Program-made: the position numbers and the translations under genes
Source: a virus
Taxonomy: Duplodnaviria; Caudoviricetes
DNA: 64,000 nt
IMG/VR virus record: IMGVR_UViG_3300001580_001418
Coordinates: 30,081 to 94,080 of that record
Reading direction: 5' to 3' (one strand)
Notes under the pieces: model-generated
The model's input: the letters and a program-made list of their open reading frames with translations, nothing else
Databases searched by the model: none
What the model was told of the DNA's origin: nothing
In this document: positions 58,429 to 64,000 of the stretch, piece after piece
Numbering within the stretch: position 1 is the stretch's first letter
Layout: the number at the start of each line of letters is the position of its first letter

Positions 58429-59617
58429 CTCCTTCTCCTTTTCCCATCTTCCAGCGATACTCAATCTCTTTCGCTGCTTCTATGAGCCTGTCAATAAACA
58501 TTCCAACGCCTTCTTTTTCCTTCCCCCATATCCTCACCGCCTCCTCTACGGATGGTTCTTGCGATATACCGCCTTCCTCAACCCTGACCGTCTCGGACTC
58601 TACCTCAACAGCATTTTTGATAAATGGGAAATGCAAGGCCTTGATCTTTCGCACCACATCATCATACTCATGCCTCTGGACTCTGCCCTTTATCCGAATC
58701 GCAATCTCAGTATTGGCACCATCAAGCGTCTTCGCGCCGTCCGTCAAAAACTCCTTGGCGCTCAGGGTCAAATACTTTCTCGCAGGCAGCTCAATAAACT
58801 GCTCTTCAATCCTGGTCCATCCAACCTCACCGTCCGGGCAAACCTCATACACCTTGAACCCCGCTTTCGTATCCTCTTCTCCAAACCCACCTCTGTATAT
58901 CGCTCCAGAATAAAATTCCTGTGGCATATGCAAATGCCCAAGCAGAACAAGATCAAACTTCTCGAGACATTCCTTCCTAATGGAAATATCAAACGGTGGA
59001 ACTGTCTGATCGGGGCTGTACATTCCACTGGCAACGGTGAAATGGCCCACCAGGACATTTAGCGCGTATCGGTCAAGCTGTGCGCTGAACCCTGACAGAA
59101 TTTCTTCCATCTTAAAGCCTACAAAACGGCTCAATTCCTCAGGGGATATGGTTTTGTATTGGGGGACGGTATAAAGTGCGGATTTCCGCGGGTACGGCAA
59201 GGTAAAGACTTGGATCTTTCGTTGTTTTGATAATATGGGGATTATTTCTGGGCGGTCAGATACATAAATGCCATTTTTTCTTAACCCACTTCCAAACACG
59301 GAAAGGGCATTGGCAAGCTCTCCACCTTTCCCGCCTTCATGGTTTCCACGGACGATCACAACGGGAGCAAACTCAGAAAGCCTTTCGATGGCCTCAACCG
59401 CTACCTTAATCGCAACGTTTTCAGGATTAGGCTTATCGAAAAGGTCGCCCGAGATGGAGATCAGGTCAGTCTCATTTTCAGCAACATAGTCGCATATCGC
59501 CCCCACCGATTGGATCTTGTCCCATAGACACAAATTCACCCCATCCCTCGTTACATAACGTCCGGCAATCGTCCCCGAATTGGTGAGATGCCAGTCCGCC
59601 GAATGCACCACATTCAT
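58409..59617 (-). CDS. SbcD/Mre11-like metallophosphoesterase nuclease
   Basis: HSADWHL, GDLFD, GNHE, LVGH, LGHLH. Confidence 0.93.
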   Translation of the reverse strand: MNVVHSADWHLTNSGTIAGRYVTRDGVNLCLWDKIQSVGAICDYVAENETDLISISGDLFDKPNPENVAIKVAVEAIERLSEFAPVVIVRGNHEGGKGGELANALSVFGSGLRKNGIYVSDRPEIIPILSKQRKIQVFTLPYPRKSALYTVPQYKTISPEELSRFVGFKMEEILSGFSAQLDRYALNVLVGHFTVASGMYSPDQTVPPFDISIRKECLEKFDLVLLGHLHMPQEFYSGAIYRGGFGEEDTKAGFKVYEVCPDGEVGWTRIEEQFIELPARKYLTLSAKEFLTDGAKTLDGANTEIAIRIKGRVQRHEYDDVVRKIKALHFPFIKNAVEVESETVRVEEGGISQEPSVEEAVRIWGKEKEGVGMFIDRLIEAAKEIEYRWKMGKGEGDAVRTD

Positions 59618-59634
59618 TTCTCTGTCTCCTTTTT

Positions 59635-60684
59635 TTATTCAAAGGGTAACTCTTCAACATCAGGCATCCCTTTCAGGCGATCGTGGAACTTCACTCTTTC
59701 CACGTCAGTAAAGCTGTCGACGGGCTTTTTTAGTTTCGATTCATCATAGCCCTTCTTTCCCATCAACTTCTTCAAATGCTCAGCTTGCCCCTTGGCATCC
59801 ATCTCTTCAAAGGGCTTCTCCTGGGCTGGCTCAGGGACCTTCTCGGGGGCCTTCTTGTCCTCATCTTCTGCACCAGTTAGCGTTACATCAATCACTCCAT
59901 GTTCGGGTTGATAATCTATCATGCTTCTCTCAGACGACGGACCAAACAAAACATTCGTTGCATCAAGGCCTTGCCTCAAAAGCAGGTCTCTTACTTTCGG
60001 GTCGCTTACATCTGGCGAGAAGGCAATTTTCGGAACCACAAAAGGCTTTTCCAATTCCTCTCTCTTATACGTGCTCTTCAATCCAAGGATCAGTCGGATA
60101 ACCCTGTCCATTGCTCCTGTCGAAGCAAGCTGCAGACGAAACTTCCTCTTCTGAAGCATGTCCCGCTTCACGGACTTCTCGACGTAACTCTTTCGGTCAT
60201 CTTCAGTCCACTTCTCGTTCTTCTGCTTCTTCTCCTTCATCAACGCCTGGCTCTTCTGCTCATACGAATCGCGAATTTCTTCTCCCACAACTTTCAGATC
60301 CAGCATGTATTCGGCATTCCGAATCATGTAGGTCCCATCTTCCTTTCTTACCGCAGCCTCAGCCTTGTAAGAAATAATATCAGGGTTGTTCCCATCGTCA
60401 GTCCTTCCGGAATTCTTCGCATTCCAGATAATGCCAGCAGCGAAAGCAATCTTATTGAGGGCCACAGCCCTTAATGAAAAACTGCCACTCCCCAGGACAA
60501 CCTCATAGACTTCACCACCAGCCTTCGGATCGGGGTTAATCCTCACAATTTCCAAAACAGGTTTGTGAAATGGTGAAATCTCCTGTATCGTAACCGTCGG
60601 AACCAGCACGTTATACTGGTTCTTTTTACGATACTCTTCCAACTCCGCCTGAAACTTCTCAAGCGACTTCACTGCATTTTCCAT
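59635..60684 (-). CDS. Putative recombination/ssDNA-annealing protein
   Basis: Upstream of SbcCD-like pair; acidic C-terminal ELPF tail like SSB; ASTGAMDRVIR..LGLKSTY. Confidence 0.4.
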   Translation of the reverse strand: MENAVKSLEKFQAELEEYRKKNQYNVLVPTVTIQEISPFHKPVLEIVRINPDPKAGGEVYEVVLGSGSFSLRAVALNKIAFAAGIIWNAKNSGRTDDGNNPDIISYKAEAAVRKEDGTYMIRNAEYMLDLKVVGEEIRDSYEQKSQALMKEKKQKNEKWTEDDRKSYVEKSVKRDMLQKRKFRLQLASTGAMDRVIRLILGLKSTYKREELEKPFVVPKIAFSPDVSDPKVRDLLLRQGLDATNVLFGPSSERSMIDYQPEHGVIDVTLTGAEDEDKKAPEKVPEPAQEKPFEEMDAKGQAEHLKKLMGKKGYDESKLKKPVDSFTDVERVKFHDRLKGMPDVEELPFE

Positions 60685-60731
60685 TTGGATTCTCCTTTCT
60701 CCCCTTTAGGGGCTTTGCAATCGGTTGCAAC

Positions 60732-60929
60732 CTACACCTTCATACATCCTTTCACCTTGTGCGCCACAATCCACGCATCAACATCCTTCCCCACAAAACG
60801 AAGCATTCCGCCAATCCGAACATGAGGCATGATCCCAGCCTTGCACTTCTTGTATACCCACGACGGCGATACATTCAGTTTCTCCGACACCTCGTTGATG
60901 GTAAGAAATCCGTTGTCCATATCAAACAT
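60732..60929 (-). CDS. Excisionase-like HTH protein
   Basis: LTINEVSEKLNVSPSWVYK....G.MPHVRIGG.LRF. Confidence 0.88.
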   Translation of the reverse strand: MFDMDNGFLTINEVSEKLNVSPSWVYKKCKAGIMPHVRIGGMLRFVGKDVDAWIVAHKVKGCMKV

Positions 60930-61221
60930 CTCCTTCCCTTGGTTTACCCCTATCTAACTCCTCTACAAAATTCATTACCTCCCACAATTTTCTTGCCTGC
61001 TCCTTAATCAGTCGAAAATCGCCAGCATCCTTGCTACCATTCGAGAGATACAGTTCTGCAATCTCGAAAAGTTTCTGTAACTCAGGGATTTTCCAGCCTC
61101 TTTCTCCATTTAACTTTCGGCTTAGCTCAGGCTCAGAAATTCCAAGTTTTAAGGCAACGGCTTTCTGTCCGCCTGCCTTTGCAATTGCCAACCTGAACTC
61201 TTTTGATAAATCAACTGACAA
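60922..61221 (-). CDS. Cro-like HTH regulator
   Basis: GQKAVALKLGISEPELSRKLNGER; divergent from repressor. Confidence 0.8.
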   Translation of the reverse strand: MSVDLSKEFRLAIAKAGGQKAVALKLGISEPELSRKLNGERGWKIPELQKLFEIAELYLSNGSKDAGDFRLIKEQARKLWEVMNFVEELDRGKPREGDV

Positions 61222-61231
61222 CTTTATTACC

Positions 61232-61260
61232 TTGACTTTCTTTGGCTTACTTTATATACT
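61232..61260 (+). promoter_or_regulatory. Repressor (lysogenic) promoter
   Basis: TTGACT-N17-TATACT. Confidence 0.8.
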
Positions 61261-61264
61261 TTGT

Positions 61265-61353
61265 TACGCTTTAGCATATTTTGTATATTGTGGTGTATCA
61301 ATGAACTAACACAATAGCGTAAATATGTCAAGTAAATAATACGCAGGAGCGTA
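61265..61353. promoter_or_regulatory. Three type-A operators and a leftward (lytic) promoter
   Basis: TACGCTTTAGCATA 61265-78; AACACAATAGCGTA 61308-21; TACGCAGGAGCGTA 61340-53; minus-strand TTGACA at 61331-61326. Confidence 0.75.
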
Positions 61354-61357
61354 ACTT

Positions 61358-62170
61358 ATGGACAAAAAAAGAGAATCTTCTCACACTTTCTTTATCGACC
61401 GCCTCTGCGATGCAGCAGAACGCCACATCGGAGCGAATAAACACGATCGCGGCTTCAAAAGGGCGTTAGCCAAAGCTCTCGAGGCACGGGACAGCACCGT
61501 CCAAAGATGGTTCGGTGGGTCATTTCCCGAGGCAGAATACATTGTCAGAATACACCAAAAATTCGGCATCACACCAAACCAACTATTCGGAATCGAAAAT
61601 GGCGGTGAAAAAATCAAATCGCTTGACTTGCACAAGGTCAAATTTATCGTTGCAGCCAGGGACAAAAACTTACCCGAATGCTATCTTGACCCCGAAAAAT
61701 ACAGCGTCGGCCCAATCCTTAAGGATTCAAAATCAGCCTGCCACCCAGACAACATCGACGAAGCCGACATCGACTCCTGGGGCATTAGCCGGAAAGACCT
61801 CGTTCTGCACCGCGAAAATGTATACGGAGTCATCGCTCCAGAAAGGATCGGTATGAGCATGTGGCCCGTCATCAAGCCCGGCGACATGATGGTCATCGAT
61901 GCATCCGACAAATCACTTATTGACGGTGGCATATTTGCACTCTGCATCAAAAACGGAGAATTTACCGTCAGACAGATCAAGAAGGTCGAAAACAGCCTAA
62001 TTCTAATTCCCTGGTTCCTCAGGCAATACCAGGTCGAAATGATAAACCTAGACGAATATCCAAATGTCGTTATTGGAAGGGTCATTTTTTCCCTGACATA
62101 CCTTATGGCGCTCGGTTCAGAACCGCCACCAGAAACCATCACTGCATCTATCCTTAGTAGCAAAAAGTAG
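61358..62170 (+). CDS. CI-like repressor (HTH + S24-like domain)
   Basis: RALAKALE..DSTVQRWFGG.FP...GITPNQL.G HTH; GMSMWPVIKPGDMMVID...VIGRV. Confidence 0.88.
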   Translation: MDKKRESSHTFFIDRLCDAAERHIGANKHDRGFKRALAKALEARDSTVQRWFGGSFPEAEYIVRIHQKFGITPNQLFGIENGGEKIKSLDLHKVKFIVAARDKNLPECYLDPEKYSVGPILKDSKSACHPDNIDEADIDSWGISRKDLVLHRENVYGVIAPERIGMSMWPVIKPGDMMVIDASDKSLIDGGIFALCIKNGEFTVRQIKKVENSLILIPWFLRQYQVEMINLDEYPNVVIGRVIFSLTYLMALGSEPPPETITASILSSKK

Positions 62171-62177
62171 CAAGCGT

Positions 62178-62282
62178 CCATGGCATACATCCCTATAAGG
62201 ATACGAAATCAAAACTGTATCATTGAAAGATAAACAAAACCCAATCGTCGGGAAAGTTATATGCTCAATCAGTCATCATTAA
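62178..62282 (+). pseudogene. Relic of a second repressor C-terminus
   Basis: PWHTSL*GYEIKTVSLKDKQNPIVGKVICSISHH* aligns with repressor PWFLRQYQVEMINLDEYPNVVIGRVIFSLTYL. Confidence 0.6.
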
Positions 62283-62297
62283 CCCATTCATAAAAAA

Positions 62298-62639
62298 ATG
62301 AGCATTGGTATCGCATTCTCGTGGATAGTCTTCTCTTTTATGGTAGCTGCTTTCGCTCACTATAAACGTCGTAGTTTAATTGGTTGGCTCGCAGCTTCAT
62401 TGGCATTTTCACCTATCATCACCTGCATCATTCTCCTTTGCCTAGACGACAATCCGGATTTGAAAAAATGCCCAAAATGTGCCGAATACGTTCGCGAAGA
62501 AGCCTCTCTGTGCCGGTTCTGCAACTTCGCTTTCTCAGATCAAACAGAAAAAGATAATCTCCCTAGACGCTCCAAATTTAGAACCCGGCAACAATATGAG
62601 AAATGGAAAGAGGCCAGAGCCCGTCATCTCTCTAAATAA
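62298..62639 (+). CDS. Membrane protein with zinc ribbon (lysogenic operon)
   Basis: Two TM segments then KKCPKCAE......LCRFC. Confidence 0.75.
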   Translation: MSIGIAFSWIVFSFMVAAFAHYKRRSLIGWLAASLAFSPIITCIILLCLDDNPDLKKCPKCAEYVREEASLCRFCNFAFSDQTEKDNLPRRSKFRTRQQYEKWKEARARHLSK

Positions 62640-62641
62640 CT

Positions 62642-63745
62642 ATGGCATCAATCCAAAAAAGTTCCGAAAAGGGCTATCGTATCTATTGGCGTCTCTATCT
62701 TTCAAATGGGACCTACAAAGAGAAATATAAAACCTCAAGGTCAAAAACCATCCTTAACGAACTCCTACACGACATAGCAAAGATCGAAATCCTTTCCCGC
62801 CGGAACGAACTTTCTCAGGAAGATGCCGTCAGAGCCTTTCACCTCAAGCTAATTAGTAAAGAAGAACTCTCTCTTCTTGGCCCAAACATGCAGGATCCAA
62901 CCGACCACTATCTCCATGAACTTAGAGCAGACTTCGAAACCAAATCAAAAGCGGAATCTTCCACCATGTACTGCCATGGAGCAAATCTCTCCAAGGCAAA
63001 CATCTTAGACGAAGCCTTCAAAGACACTTCCCTTCGCAACATCTCGCCCGAGCATATTGAAGAATTCAGGGCAGACAGGAAGAAAGCTGTCACTAACACA
63101 ACAATCAACCAAGACCTTAAAGCTCTCAGGAAATATTTGGACATTGCAGTCAATAAGGGCTACATCAAAGAAAACCCTGCGCGTAAGGTCAAACTTCTCC
63201 GCGAACCCAAGAACCGAATCCCAAGGTGCTTCTATCCAGACGAACTCAAACAATTCTTCAAAGCGATAAAGAATTTTAAGCACTTTCTTCATGGAGATTT
63301 CAGCTTCATCGTACGATTTCTGATCTACACAGGACTCAGACGCTCCGAACTCTGCAATCTCAAACCCGAAAACATTAAACTTCATCTTCGGCAGATCCAC
63401 CTTCTCGGCAAGGGGCAAAAAGCAAGGGTCGTAGGCATCAACAAATCCCTCATCCCCGAACTCAAGAAAAGAATCAAAAACGAATACATTATTGATCACT
63501 CAATCCATCCTTCTTCGATCAGCCGGGCGTTCAAGGTGGCATGCAGACGTATTAATTTACCAAATGCCCTGACCCTTCATTCGCTACGCCATACATACAT
63601 CTCATATCTGCTCCAAAAGGGCGTACCCCCTAAACAGGTCAGGGAACTCGCAGGCCACTTTAGCCTATCCATCACTGACAGATACACTCATGCCCTTCCC
63701 TCCAATAAGATAATAGAGGACGTCCTCGACTTCGGCCAAGTGTAG
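62642..63745 (+). CDS. int: Tyrosine recombinase (phage integrase)
   Basis: YTGLRRSEL, GKGQKAR, HSLRHTY, LAGHFSLSITDRYTH. Confidence 0.96.
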   Translation: MASIQKSSEKGYRIYWRLYLSNGTYKEKYKTSRSKTILNELLHDIAKIEILSRRNELSQEDAVRAFHLKLISKEELSLLGPNMQDPTDHYLHELRADFETKSKAESSTMYCHGANLSKANILDEAFKDTSLRNISPEHIEEFRADRKKAVTNTTINQDLKALRKYLDIAVNKGYIKENPARKVKLLREPKNRIPRCFYPDELKQFFKAIKNFKHFLHGDFSFIVRFLIYTGLRRSELCNLKPENIKLHLRQIHLLGKGQKARVVGINKSLIPELKKRIKNEYIIDHSIHPSSISRAFKVACRRINLPNALTLHSLRHTYISYLLQKGVPPKQVRELAGHFSLSITDRYTHALPSNKIIEDVLDFGQV

Positions 63746-63760
63746 CCAAAGTGTAGCCAA
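63739..63760. repeat. Tandem 11-bp direct repeat AGTGTAGCCAA x2 (candidate integrase arm-type sites)
   Basis: Exact repeats at 63739-49 and 63750-60, between int and the tRNA. Confidence 0.65.
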
Positions 63761-63886
63761 CCCCTACCAAATTATCTGATTTTCACCACTACGTACACAA
63801 TTGCGAAACTTCTCAGGTGGGACCGTAACCCTGCGTCAAAGGCATGTAAGCATTATACTTTCCCGATACTATTCGGGAATTGAAGT

Positions 63887-63962
63887 TGGTGGTCCCAAGG
63901 GGATTCGAACCCCTGTTACCGACGTGAGAGGCCGGTGTCCTAGACCACTAGACGATGGGACC
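63887..63962 (-). tRNA. tRNA-Glu (anticodon CTC), integration target
   Basis: GGTCCCATCGTCTAGTGGTCTAGGACACCGGCCTCTCACGTCGGTAACAGGGGTTCGAATCCCCTTGGGACCACCA; cloverleaf, T-loop GTTCGAA, encoded CCA. Confidence 0.97.
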
Positions 63963-64000
63963 GATCTTAACAAAACCATTCTCAATAATCAATGATCAAT

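Larger units (their letters stand above)
1..63890. mobile_element. Integrated temperate prophage (T4-like head genes, apparently non-contractile tail); left end outside window
   Basis: Integrase next to tRNA 3' end, repressor/Cro/Xis switch, replication, terminase, portal, protease, capsid, tape measure and lysis genes; nearly all lytic genes are co-oriented on the minus strand. Confidence 0.96.

Noticed and set aside
63801-63995. 64-aa plus-strand ORF
   Set aside because: Antisense to tRNA-Glu and the att region
1-64000. Stop-codon reassignment
   Set aside because: Core genes are full length in the standard code and end in TAA, TAG or TGA

Overview
Almost the whole window (1 to ~63,890) is one temperate tailed prophage integrated at the 3' end of a tRNA-Glu(CTC) gene (63887-63962, minus strand). 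The other boundary lies beyond the left edge. From right to left it contains: tyrosine integrase; a CI-like/Cro-like/Xis switch; SbcD/SbcC-like nucleases, SSB, replication initiator and DnaC-like loader; about 20 kb of small accessory genes (ParB-like + glycosyltransferase, EndoVII, ASCH, DUF5131, Toprim nuclease); GT2 + PIG-L-like genes; TerL; a T4-gp20-type portal; a MuF-like gene with a cargo array; a lysis cassette; T4-gp21-type protease/scaffold; T4-gp23-type capsid; GT9 + two methyltransferases; neck and tail genes (no sheath seen); a frameshifted tail chaperone; tape measure; a Cys-rich tail protein; and six tandem paralogous tail genes. Main unexplained signals: (1) four head-module genes share an L/I-x-E|GGxGSGN(W/F)GHKGRPGxxGGSL tag in front of different C-terminal domains (Zn-metallopeptidase, HipA/PI3K-like kinase, two basic proteins), each followed by a small ORF, suggesting a capsid-loaded, protease-released polymorphic effector system; (2) two separate families of palindromic sites, TACGC-N4-GCGTA and TGCAA-N4/5-TTGCA, are dispersed across the prophage; (3) there are three separate glycosyltransferase loci, one directly behind the capsid gene. 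All calls come from reading motifs by eye; no database searches were run.
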